Origin: Podarcis tiliguerta
Lineage: Eukaryota
Length of the DNA: 64,000 nucleotides
Assembly: GCA_965153285.1 (NCBI GenBank)
Contig: OZ229112.1
Strand: one strand, 5' to 3'
Below, piece after piece: positions 11,608-23,400 of the stretch (positions within the stretch are counted from its first letter, which is position 1; every line of letters begins with the position of its first letter). The notes beneath the pieces were generated by a model. It worked only from the letters and a program-made list of their open reading frames with translations, made no database searches and was not told where the DNA came from. Position numbers and translations under genes: made by a program.

Positions 11608-12387
11608 AAAGGGGGGCTTCAGAAACTAGTAAAAAACTTAGCTGAGTCAGGAGAGCCGGGAGGAACATACTGTCTGCATCTAGACAGGAGGAAAAACTTC
11701 CCACGAGTCTTTGTTCCTGTCTAGTGTCTTGCGACAGAGTGAACACCCATTCCGTTCCATTGGATATAACGCTCCATGAAATAAAATACAAAAACAGTCA
11801 CCTATTCAATATAGTTGACCCCCAAAAAGGGGGCACGGGAGGAAAGATTATAACACAACAAAAACCAAGACTCTAAATGGAATCTGGACTAATTTTTATC
11901 ATTCAAGCATTTGTTTTAAAAAGATGATGGAAACAAAGGAAGCAACAAGATTATCACAATAAATCCTACACTACTCCATCATAAACATGAGTAGTCTGGC
12001 AAGTTTTCAATATTTGCCACACTTGCAAGGAAAAGGCAGATGAGCATTATGAGCAAATGTGTAATTTGGAGAAAGTTGGACTTGATTATTAATCACTTAG
12101 AGGTTTTATTACTATTAAGCAGTCTATACATTTTGTAAAATAAAGAAACAGATGGAAAAACACTTTCCAAACTAGAGGAGTTTGCTTCCAACCTATACCA
12201 ATCCAAAATTCTTATTCATCTCTAAACAAAGTATTCTTAGAAAATATGGTAATGGTATAAAGAATGTATATGAAATGTAAAAGATTATTAATTCCAAAAT
12301 TGTTTTTGCTGCAACAACTTAAAGCAAAAAGGGGATTGGTCAGTATATGTTGAGAAAATTCCATACAACTTCTGTAGTTTTATATAC

Positions 12388-12480
12388 CTTGGACATCTTG
12401 GACTTTGTATCAGTAATAAGGAAAGACATGTTGTTGATTTCATTCTGCACTACGAAATTTTGTTCTTCCCTTTTAAAATT
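12388..12480 (-). CDS. RYR2: RYR2 exon ~71 (93 nt)
   Basis: [31 protein letters not shown]; AG/GT. Confidence 0.95.
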
Positions 12481-13478
12481 CTGAAATTGTATAAAGAATA
12501 TTTTGTTAAGTACACAAATTAGAAATCAGAAGACACCCTCAATCCTTCTTACTAGTATGTGGAAGAATCAACCCACAATCCCTGGTTTAGAGTAATGTCT
12601 GAATGAAGGACTGTTTTGCTCCAAACAAACATAAAGCCAAGGTTTGTTCTTACTTTGCCAATCATAGTTTGAGGAAATCAAACCATAGCCTTGTTTTGGA
12701 TATAATTCTGAACAAGGGGTTGTGGTTTGAGTCCTCCATGCACCAGGGAGGAGGAGTGAAACAGCCAGGTGGTTCATCATGAATACATCTGTTAGCTATG
12801 GTTAACCACAATATCAAAACTCAGTCCTTCAAACCTTACTTCAGGACCTGTATAAAGTTTATCTTAGTCACTAGATTCGATTTATAATATAGTAAATTAG
12901 GCATTTAAATATAGTATAACTAACCTTTATCAGTGAACAACAGTCGTCATTAGAGATTGAACTAAATGTAGGTGCACAAATAAATATTTGCAGAATCCGC
13001 AAATAAATATGACAGTGGTGATACAATACAAGCCTAATACAAATGAACTTTTTGTAACATTTTAAAATGTGGAAAATGCTATATATTGTATACTCTGTTC
13101 ACTCTTCCTAACAATCCTGATAGGGCATGGTTGCTTCCATCTTAAGTGCCTCCACTGAGAAGTTTGGGCTTTAATTCAGGTCATATGCCTTTTTATTCAC
13201 TGAATGACATCACTGCATTAATACAAACATCTTCTGGGAAATAAATGCACACTCACACATTCACTAAGGAATTGTATAAAACTGCCACCAGCTAAACAAG
13301 GTATGGACTTTTCAGAAACGACACCTTCCACAATCTCTTTAAAATTATTCCTTGTTTAATGTCTGCACAAAACCTTCCTCTCAACCTTTTGGTTCCTGTC
13401 ATATTGTCTCTCTTTCCATATCCCCTACAATGATGGGCATTCTATCTGTTTTGCTACAAACAAAAATAATGCATTTAC

Positions 13479-13566
13479 ATGGGATTTTGACCAGTAAATG
13501 AATACATCAGCAACCATACGAAACAGGTCCTCTGCCTCTGGATTAGGTTCTTTTAGCCACTTTGCT
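13479..13566 (-). CDS. RYR2: RYR2 exon ~70 (88 nt)
   Basis: [29 protein letters not shown]; AG/GT. Confidence 0.95.
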
Positions 13567-13897
13567 CTGAAATTAAACAAAGAAAAATGTTTTCCATCAC
13601 TTTTATTATTCCAGATAAAGCAGTTTACAAATTTTTCATAGAGCATTTAGCAAAGTCTGCATTTATCTTAACTTTCTAGACTAGAGATTGTACTTCCCCA
13701 CCTGTTCTCTCCACTATTCATTTCTGATAAAGAGTGAGGAATCTGGTTGTGTAATCATTCTGGCAGAGAAGAGATTACAACTCGTGGATCACAGACTCGC
13801 AGAACCCCAAAATACTGCTTTGAGGTGTGTGTTTTTCCATCAAACTGTGCATAAATTTAATGAAATAAATAAATGAATAGATTTATAAGCCATGTAC

Positions 13898-14138
13898 CTG
13901 TTGTAGTCCACAAATCTAATCAACAATGGGTAGAAGGCATAAAGGTCCCGTGCCAATATTGTGAACTCATCTAGGATGAGGAGTTCTGCCTCCGACATAT
14001 CTCCCCGGCCTTCTGCTCTTAAATGTTCTTCATCGGATATAACCATTGCAGCTTTTTTCTTCAGTTTCTCCATCAGTGGCAGAAAATGCGTTTTCAGGAG
14101 CTGAGGCTTCACTTTGCTTATGATAGGCTGAGAAAACA
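13898..14138 (-). CDS. RYR2: RYR2 exon ~69 (241 nt)
   Basis: VFSQPIISKVKPQLLKTHFLPLMEKLKKKAA...LLIRFVDYN; AG/GT. Confidence 0.95.
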
Positions 14139-14628
14139 CTATGTAAGGAATTCATTAATTTTATATCATACTAATATATGAAACTATACTAAAAGATGTT
14201 GCATTCCCATAGTAGGTATATTATACTCCAGTGACTACTCTCTTCCTCCAAATATCTATTTCATTGTCAGGGTCCTGGTTCAGTTCAAAGGCATGCAAAC
14301 CTGGAATCGCCTAGTGAATTCTGTTCTGAATCCAGTCTTTTGCAAAATCTTGTCAATTCTTTGTTCCTATCACTAGAACTACTTACACTGTCTGATAATT
14401 TAGAATACAACCTGCCTCTTGTCCTTGCTGGTCTTTTCCATTTAACACTCTTCAATCAATTAGAAATCTGTCTGCTGAAATAATCTATATTTACATTTCT
14501 CAATTTCTTATTTCTTTTTAATGTATTCTTGTTCGGCTTAAATTCAGAATAGTATTAAGTATTTGCATAGCAATGGAATCCAAGCAAAAATAAATTAAAT
14601 AATTCATATTATTTTTCTTTCATTTTAC

Positions 14629-14949
14629 CTGCTAATTTCTTCATCCAGGCTCCCTCATCTATGCCCAAATTATTATGTATGATTTTCAGTATATTTCCTA
14701 GAAGGGTATTCATATGCTCTGAAGTCAAAGCTGTGCAACACATTTCACTATTGTCAGGGTTGCTTTCTGGTCCATGCTCCCACCAGTGTGACATGTAGCT
14801 ACAGAGCATAGGCAGTACAACTTCCATTACATGAGGCATTTGTGTGTAGCGAATGCCAGATTCAGCTAATTCCACAATTTCTTCCATTAGCTTCTCCAGA
14901 GAAGGAATGTTCGGAGAAAGTTCTTCTACACTGTTTGGTAAGCTAAGAC
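14629..14949 (-). CDS. RYR2: RYR2 exon ~68 (321 nt)
   Basis: [34 protein letters not shown]...[12 protein letters not shown]; AG/GT. Confidence 0.95.
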
Positions 14950-16160
14950 CTAAAAGAAATAATATCGGTAACAATAAAAAAAAAACTTTACTTGACACCA
15001 ATAGTGAATGAACTCTTATATTTATCCTGATCAGATTTTTCCTTTCATACATTACTAGTATTTTAGTTAAGACAAAAATACACTTTTATCCACATTACGA
15101 AGAGATGTGATTTAATATCCATTATTATTAACATCACTTAATGGTTCTTTGTCCTAATAAGTGGTTTATAATTTTTGTTAAATATGCAAATAATATTATT
15201 TACCTTAATGCAATCTAAAAGTAAATAATCAAAATGAATTGAAAGCATATATTTGAAACCTTTGTTCAAGCAACCCTACAAGCCATGGGAACAAACCATA
15301 TTTTTTAGTGTTCCTCCCTCTTCCTACTCCTTCACTCACACATATGGCTTCATTAAATATTGTCTTACTTTATCAAAACGTAGTTTACTATTACATTCAA
15401 ATCATCAAACCATTACAATTACAAAATTGTAATTTGGGAGCAAACTGTAGCTTGCAATTCATATTTGGAAGCCTCACTCATCAGTTCAGATAATAGCCAA
15501 GTTGTCTTTGGATCAATAAAATCTCCTTATGAGTGAGAGGGGAAGATAAGAGGAAGGGGAAGGATTGTGATGGAGCCTAGATTTCAAGAACCTCTGGTGC
15601 ATATTTATAATGAGCTTTCACGACTATGAATTTATCACCCATGAGATCTAAAGCAGGAAATAATGATGGTTTGTTTAAAACAAGGGTAACCTCAAATCAT
15701 GGTTTATTAAACTGGTTTATTTCAAAAAAACCAGTTTGTTGAAATAACAACAATTTAGAGTTCCGATATCAACTACTGTTAATCAAAAACTAAAGTAAAA
15801 GCTTCTACTCTTCTCCTTATGCCAAAGAAGTGAGGTGTCAAGTGAGCCCAAGGCCTGCTGCAGTTCATTCTGATCAAAATAAACCATGGTTTATCAGGAC
15901 ATTTGAACTACCAATGTATCAACCATATTAACAGGAAGTCACTTTGATTTCAATTGAAAACTCTGAGCTTTCCTCTCAACTCCATATTGTCCACTGAAGA
16001 CAATATGCCTTTACAAGTTTAGGCACTTGCCAAGGAACAAAGGAAATATAAAAAAGCAACAGGCATTAACACGTAAGAAGGTCATAAAATGAAAGGCATC
16101 TACATAAGCAGTGGTGTCTGGATAATTTATGAAATTTACGTTGGAAGCCATTTTTTGTAC

Positions 16161-16291
16161 CTGTTCTATCTCTTGTAGTCTTGGTGTTGTAAATAGAATG
16201 TGTGTTGTGATGGTTCAGATGAGTTTCTAAGAATGCCACAGGAAAGGCACCAGCAAATGCAGCTAGGCATTCGCCTAAAGCTGAGCGCTGC
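16161..16291 (-). CDS. RYR2: RYR2 exon ~67 (131 nt)
   Basis: [43 protein letters not shown]; AG/GT. Confidence 0.95.
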
Positions 16292-16984
16292 CTGCAGAAT
16301 GAAAAATTCAAGTTAGAGAAGCAGCAGAAATAAAGAAACCACCCATTGAAAGCTCAGGAGAATATAATTATCTTCACCTGGAACCAGAAAGCCAGTAAAA
16401 TAGACACCAACTAATGTACTCAACAGGGATACAACCAGTGAAAGAGCCCTATATGCAATAATTGCCATCCGCTTTATTTCTGAAGGCAACAGACCTCAGA
16501 GCAGGGAGTTTGATGCACAACTTAAAACACACAGCAGCTTCACTTGATATGGCCTTTATTTACTGGGTTACACAAAAAGGGGATTAATAAACTAAAGAAA
16601 GTAGCCATTTGTTGGGTCTGTAATCCCATTACCTATGCCAGCTGAGGATGACTCTCATCATCAGCTGAAACCTCGGAAAGTGGCAAATAGCTATTACCAA
16701 CAAACTAAACTTGGTCCACCAGTTGTAACTATTCCTAGGAAATTGTGCACTTGCTATTATGACACATGTCATAGTAACCTCTAGGCTAGGCTAGACTACT
16801 GTAATGTGGTGTGCATGGGGCAGCATTTGAAAACTGTTTGGAAAGTTAAATTAATTGGTACCCACTTGAAGGGTAGTTTTACATTGCTTTGCATAAGCTG
16901 GATGAATGGTTAAAAGAAAGAGACAACAGCACCACCCTAATTGTGGAACCCAGGAGCAGTGCATTGGTGCCCTCCTGACACCTG

Positions 16985-17008
16985 TGCTGCTGCTGCTGCT
17001 GCTGCTGC
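16985..17008. repeat. (CTG)n/(CAG)n trinucleotide microsatellite (~8 units), intronic
   Basis: tgctgctgctgctgctgctgctgc. Confidence 0.9.
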
Positions 17009-17322
17009 CACTTAGCTGGATGGGCTAGAGCAGGGCCAGGTAGAAGCAGCAAGGTCAGAGCCATCCAGATGCACTGGCAGGACCACTGCTGTCACTCTGG
17101 TGCTGCCACCAGTTTCTTCCCCAACCTCATCCCCCACCCCATCCAGGCAGACAGTGATGCCATCCGTGTCAGGAATTTGGCTCCATGGCTCACCAGATGC
17201 ACTATTCCCGTAGAACCCCTTCCTGAAGAGATCCAGCAAGACAGCCTGACTTTTTACCTTTAGAAAGTGAATTAAGAATTGTTTTGTTCCAGTAGGTCTT
17301 TGGAGACGAGCCCTTTTTGATT

Positions 17323-17378
17323 ACATAGAATCATAGAGTTGGAAGAGACCACAAGGGCCATCGAGTCCAACCCCCCTG
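17323..17378 (-). mobile_element. CR1 extreme 3' end fragment
   Basis: Reverse complement: gggggttggactcgatggcccttgtggtctcttccaactctatgattctatg; same tail as the CR1 at 35160-35220. Confidence 0.8.
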
Positions 17379-17662
17379 AACTGGTATAAGTGTTTATGTC
17401 TTCAATCTACTGGCCGTATTGACCCCTCCCCCCCCCCTTTCAGCTCTTGATTTTATATTGCTGTTGTTGCTGTTTGACATAAATATTGTTAACTCCACTA
17501 ACGGCTCTATAGAGCTATGTTTGGCAGGATGTGAAGTTTAAAATGAGTACACAGTTTCACTGAAGTGACTGATAAAAATTTCCAGATTTGCAACAGAGGC
17601 AGGATTCCGCCCTAAACGTTCACAAGACATTTTGGGTAGTGGTTTTGATGTTTCCCTCTTAC

Positions 17663-17744
17663 CGCTCCACATAGATACTCTTGCTTGTCCCCAGAGCATA
17701 CAAGCTGGCCAATATTCTGTAACAAGAGACTTGAACATCTTCCA
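17663..17744 (-). CDS. RYR2: RYR2 exon ~66 (82 nt)
   Basis: [28 protein letters not shown]; AG/GT. Confidence 0.95.
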
Positions 17745-17929
17745 CTGAAGAAAATGGAAATAAAAGAAAGCATTTTAAAGGTAATTCATTTCACCAATAT
17801 GCAAAACACAGCTGAGAAGGCAATGTAAATCTTTCAGGAAACCATTTTAAACAATATTAAGTATTATGTATGGAATTATTATAATATGCAAAAACAAAAA
17901 TTGATTCTATCATGAAATAAAAGCTATAC

Positions 17930-17985
17930 TGTCACATCAAACATACCAAGAATGAATATTGTCACATCAAACATACCAAGAATGA
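17930..17985. repeat. Tandem duplication, 30-bp period, 26-bp identical unit
   Basis: TGTCACATCAAACATACCAAGAATGA at 17930 and 17960. Confidence 0.9.
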
Positions 17986-18481
17986 GTCTAAATTCTAGGA
18001 CACAAAGGCTTGGAGCCGCAGAAAGCTGACTTTCCTGCCGCCTCCTTCCCTCTCCCCTCAAGATGTCTTTCCTTAAGGGCAGGGGACCCTCCTGAACATG
18101 ATGGGTTGTACCCAAGGGAAGAAAGCGGGTTCCTGAAAATTTCATGAGTTGAAGTGCCACTCATGGAAGGTGCCACCACCTGTTTTGCAAGGATCGCCGC
18201 TTCCACCACAGTCGCCTGCTAAATAGCCACCCTCATTCAGCAGGCCATCCCAACCTGAAACTGCCAGGGGGAGGGGGTGGCAGGAAAATCCGCTTCTACC
18301 AGACTCATTTCCCCAGATCATCTGCTGCCACCTTATTCAACCTAATTCTTCACCATAAGTGGAGTGGTGGCAGCCACAGAACCCTAAATTGGCCAGCTGT
18401 TCTGGAATCTAAATCCTGGGAGCAGGGATCCCAGGGCTGGTAGAAGGAAGAGCCAGTAGAGCAGTACAGCTGCTGCAATCT

Positions 18482-18690
18482 TAGAGTTGCCATATGTCCA
18501 GATTTTCCTGGACACAGGAATACCACAGTTGACAGCAGAGTCTGTGCTGAAATTGGCAAATGTCCAAGTAAAAATCGGCATATTTTATTTTTTCCTTGAT
18601 TGTGTCCAAAAAGCTCAACAACTTTGGGCAAACAACTTTGCTCAAAAACTTTTCTGTCCAAATTTTCACTGCTTGAAATGTGGCAACCTA
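18482..18690. mobile_element. hAT-type MITE (TAGGGTTGCCA-like TIR family)
   Basis: TAGAGTTGCCA...TGGCAACCTA; 8-bp TSD TGCAATCT/TGCAGTCT; related copy at 51428-51615. Confidence 0.75.
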
Positions 18691-19045
18691 TGCAGTCTGT
18701 GGCTTGCCTGAGCCACCCCATCCACTGCCTCTTCTCCCACTGAAATTCACAGTGCCATCTGTCCGTAGTCAAACAAATGGCAGTGTGATGACATTTCCAT
18801 TTTTCTTATATGTGTAGATAATCACTAATCAGAACTGTGGCAAAGGCAGAGATAGAATATTTAAGTCAATAACATTAATCCTGGGGTCTTTATGCTAAAA
18901 TTATTGAGACCAACTGCAACTAAATCAAGGCACTGCCTACAGTAAATGCCTGGAATATTTGTAGCCAGGCTTTATTAATGTCAAACACAAAATATTCAAG
19001 ACTTGGTGATACAGAAGTACCTCATATTTCTATTTAAATACCTAC

Positions 19046-19284
19046 ATATTAAATCTTCTCCAAATTGATGCTGTCCAATGTGTTCAAATAATGAAGATAG
19101 CACTGGCAGAAGAGCCATAGTGGTATAGTTAATTATTTGTGTCACTCCTTTTGGCTGAGTCCTAGTGTGCGTAAACTGCCCCTGCTTAAGATTCTCCATT
19201 GTCTTCTCCAGGTCCTCTGCAGCATTATCCAAAAATGTCCTCAAAGCCATCTTCACAGACTCCAGTCCTGTCTTCATCACTGTC
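19046..19284 (-). CDS. RYR2: RYR2 exon ~65 (239 nt)
   Basis: [37 protein letters not shown]...QFGEDLI; AG/GT. Confidence 0.95.
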
Positions 19285-19788
19285 CTACATATTTATATGC
19301 ACATAAAATAATATTAAATTATGTAATATACAAAAGGAATAAAATTCCTTAGTCCCCACAATATATAAAATAGAAGGGTGGAGACCAGTGAAAAAGCTCT
19401 TTAGCAATCAATGTAAGCGATGAGAAAAATGCACAAGAGGGCAGCAGCAGATCATGCAACTATTGCATTAATCATTTCCATGGTAGATAAAATACTGTAT
19501 ATACCATATGGTCGTTTGAGCTGATTTTACATCAACAGTATTTACACTGCATTGTTGGAACCAAAAAGGCAGGCTTATAGCTTCTAATAATAGCATAACC
19601 CAGCTATTTTGATCAAACCTGACATTTTTGAGAATAAAATGAGATAAAACCAGTACTAAAATTTAGTCTCAAAAGGATGAAAAATGTTTCTGCATATTTC
19701 ATTTATCTATTTATCTATAATGACCCATCAATGTCCACAGGGCTTTATAGAATACAAGCAAAAAGGTCCCAGTTTTCACCATTTAAAG

Positions 19789-19924
19789 CAGGCTTCCTCA
19801 AACTCGGCCCTCCATATGTTTTGAGACTACAGTTCCCATCATCCCTGACCACTGGTCCTGCTAGCTAGGGATCATGGGAGTTGTAGGCCAGAAACATCTG
19901 GAGGGCTGAGTTTGAGGAAGCCTG
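19789..19924. mobile_element. Palindromic hAT-like MITE
   Basis: CAGGCTTCCTCAAACTC...GAGTTTGAGGAAGCCTG, with internal inverted ACTACAGTTCCCATCATCCC/GGGATCATGGGAGTTGTAG; degenerate relatives near 6765-6878, 25200-25330, 51045-51170. Confidence 0.75.
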
Positions 19925-20226
19925 AAACAAAGGATTAGCTGTTTTCATTAGGGAATAGACATGGGCATGGGCATGGATACATTTCCCCTGATTGAAGTAA
20001 TTACCAATACTTTAGATTAGCAGCAATTCTCTATTCTCCATTTTGTTTTTGTTTTTTACTGTTTTAAATAATCTTATGTGTAAATCCCGGTTGTTTAGAA
20101 GACAATTAATAAATCAAGGCTAACTGTCCCTTCCACCATCCCCAATCAACTTAACATTTTATATCATTTATTTGTTTTAGTATTAAAATGGTGAACCACT
20201 TTGGGCACTTGGGCAGAAAGGCAGTA

Positions 20227-20229
20227 AAA

Positions 20230-20272
<43 letters not shown>
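20227..20272. repeat. (AAAT)n microsatellite
   Basis: About 11 AAAT units. Confidence 0.92.
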
Positions 20273-20363
20273 CTATTGAGCTTTGTGTTCCAAATCAACT
20301 TTAGTGACTTATTTACTTTGGAATCGAAACAAAAATTCAATGAACTTATGCTTAGCATTTTAC

Positions 20364-20424
20364 CTTGCATCCAAAGTCTGTCCCAAGATATGCAGACAAT
20401 TGACTATTGAAGTTGCATCATTTC
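20364..20424 (-). CDS. RYR2: RYR2 exon ~64 (61 nt)
   Basis: GNDATSIVNCLHILGQTLDA; AG/GT. Confidence 0.94.
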
Positions 20425-23400
20425 CTGAGAGGTGAGATAAGAGAGTAATTATAGTATTCCTTTCTTTTGGTGAATTAACAAGTGGGGAAATGTGCATCAG
20501 AGATGAAAATTGTTGACAGAATGTTAACTAAAATATTGTTTCAACCCTTTTAGCAAATGCCAAAAGCAGAAACAATTATTAAAAGCACCATAAAGCTGGT
20601 TGAAGCAGACAAAACATATTTCATGAATGTGGTGAGCAACACAAAACAGTATTTATGTGATTTTATAAGTGCAGTTAGATCTGTGTATCTCCTAAAAATA
20701 GGGGCAGGCTTGTAATTCAACCTAAAGCAGAAACCTCAGTCTCTCTTCCTCACTCTTTGTACGATTGCATTGAATTTAGAAGCCTGTATATCATTATATA
20801 GTTGCGACTATATACCACTACTGAAACTAAAGCTACCATATACCAAATAACTTAATTGACGAGCTTTCAACTTCTAGAAATCCTTTTTCAATTACAGTTG
20901 GGATTTGATCATGCTGATATCAAAAAACTCTCTCTTGAAGGGCGATTATATAGTAGATATTTTGTTCAAGTGAGAGTCAAAGGTAAACACCCAGAAATCA
21001 ATTCAGTCACACATAAGCACTTTGAGGTGTTTTTAAAAGTGAGTTCTAAAAATTGTTTCACTTTTGTGGGATTATATCCCCTGTGAGTTGCAGGTGTTGT
21101 GATATAAAAAAGATTGCAGCTGGGATCCAAGGAATTAGCTCCCCCCCCCCCCCAACAGCAGCGCTGGTATTATATGATCAACTAAACTATAAAGCACAGA
21201 AACATGCTATCTGTTCCTAAAGTTATTGGAATTATTTCCTGTGTGGATTCCACATAATGGCAAAAACAGAACAAGGTTGTGATGATGCCATTTATATTAA
21301 TGTGTTAGCGGCATTAAGCCATATTGAGCCAATATATATGTAAAACTAACTAAAGTGTGTGGGTTAATAATGCTTTAAAATCAGACTGATGTCCTCCTTA
21401 CAAATATTTTAAGATTGATGTAGAATTCTTTTCAGACTCCAGAAGAAAAGCAAAAAGCCTAACTGTATAAATGGAATCTCATGACAAATTTAATGAGAGC
21501 AAATGAGCTAAAACCTATGCAAAAATCATATATGTTGAAATTAAATGATAACTGCAATTTTTATTAGGAAACCTGAAATCCACAATAAAAATTAAAAGAG
21601 AGTATAAACTGTGGCTAAAGAAAACCAAATTATTAAACATTTATTAAAACAGGGATAGAGCTTAGAAATACAAGAATTATAACTGTTTCCAACTACTTTC
21701 AAACAAAAAATTATATTGGTATATATCAGTTTATTAATTTAAAGCATTTATATACCGCCTTGAATACAAGGCACCTTAGCAAAATTAAAAACAAGAAAAT
21801 AACAATAAATTAAAGAAACGGTAGATAAAAGTGAAAATAATAATCTGTTTTTTTTAAATATGTAGGGTATTGAAATGTTTCTAAATGGTTCAAAATGTCT
21901 ATATGATAGATATATATCTAGCATCTAAAAGATGGCAAAGTTGGTGCCAGGCACAACTCCTTAGTGAAAAACTCCAATACTGAAAAAGCCCTCTTCCTTA
22001 TACATAGAAGCCTCACCTCTGACGACCTTTGCACAAGGTCAGGTTGATATGGCTTACAATTTTATACACAATTATAATTGCACTATTACACAAGCAGTTA
22101 TTATACAGCAAATCCCATATAAGAGATACAACAGTAGCACAAAGTTCTACTCAAGACATACTATGTAAAAAAAGAAAGTGGATTACCTTTATGGTGCTAT
22201 ACTATAAATAAAAAATAGCCAGCAACTACATCGTTTGTGGGACTTGCAACAGTATATTCCCACTTAGTAACAGCAATGTGCATATTCAGGAACAGGAAAC
22301 TCCTTTTTATCATGCTCTGTTTTCCACACACACACACCCCAACTGCCATTCATCATTCTATGGATACAGAGCATGCTTCACTTTCATTGGGCTTGTTTTT
22401 TGTTTGTCTTAGATTTGCTTTACTTATGCAAACATTGGGGTCCCCTCCCCTCCCTGGGCATACTGATACCTTCCTCTTGTTTACTGGTGGCCCCATTTTG
22501 GTGCCACATTTGTCGTCTGCATTCAGAGGCAGTAATAATCAACAACAGATTTCTGTTGTTTCAACATGACAAACCTTGCCTTGATCACGCCAGGAACAAA
22601 AGGGAAAGAGGCAAGAGAGAATGTTTTCACTAAACTACGTCTGAACCACTGAGATATACAAAACTAAATACAACACATACATTTTTTATCTGGAGCTCAA
22701 TTTTCATGTTTAAAATGTGCAAAATTTCAGAGCTGCCATGAAACTACATTGTTATAAGGCTTGAGACGCACTTTTCAAGCTTATAATGCCTTTTAGTTTT
22801 ATCTTAAAGTATCTCCTTTCATGACTAGATTCCATTTTTTACGTGTTTATTAATACACTTTTGTATCCTCTGTATTCCAGTAAAAGAAACTGATTGAATT
22901 AGCTAAGCAAATTGCATGAGAACTTTTTTTAAAAAAAATCTTTCTCTTTTTCTTTTGTTCAAGTCCTAGATGCTAAGTACAGCTCAGACAAAAGCTCCAA
23001 AGCCTGATATTAAGGCCAGAGAAAACTATGCAATGCCTGAGCTACCCTAAATGGTACCCTAAGCTACCAAGGTTTAGGTGAAGGGGATGTGTGAAATCCC
23101 CAAATCTGACCAAACTCAGGCAAGCTTCTCAACTAGATCTAGGCAATGCTTAGCCAGAATCCTTATGTATATACTATATAATAAAAGTAGAAGCTGCAGT
23201 AAAATGCTGCAGTATGTCCTCATCTACTAATAGGAGTACTCCTCTTCAGAGGACCAAAAATGACTGCCTACAGTCACATAAGCTCAAGGCCACATTATAA
23301 TGGGGTAATTGAAACAGTTGCACCAGGGTCCTTACTTGCCCCAGACTCTGACCTTTCATGTTTTTTAAAGTAAGCTTCCAGCTCTCCTAGAAGGAAATTT

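Larger units (their letters stand above)
10052..11780 (-). mobile_element. Internally deleted DIRS1-like tyrosine-recombinase retroelement (ITRs, ICR, degenerate YR) with two nested insertions
   Basis: ITRs 10087-10167 vs 11696-11776 (69/81 identical, inverted); ICR 10399-10494; YR-like peptides on minus strand (ACRVSEFSALS, WHSLDMHRALKVY, SKATLARWIRACI, ICMAATW...FTRHY). Confidence 0.8.

Noticed and set aside
16879-17064. ORF with polyQ and a signal-peptide-like start (MALTLLLLPGPALA)
   Set aside because: Starts at a non-ATG codon, arises from an intronic CAG microsatellite amid L2 debris, and has no exon structure.
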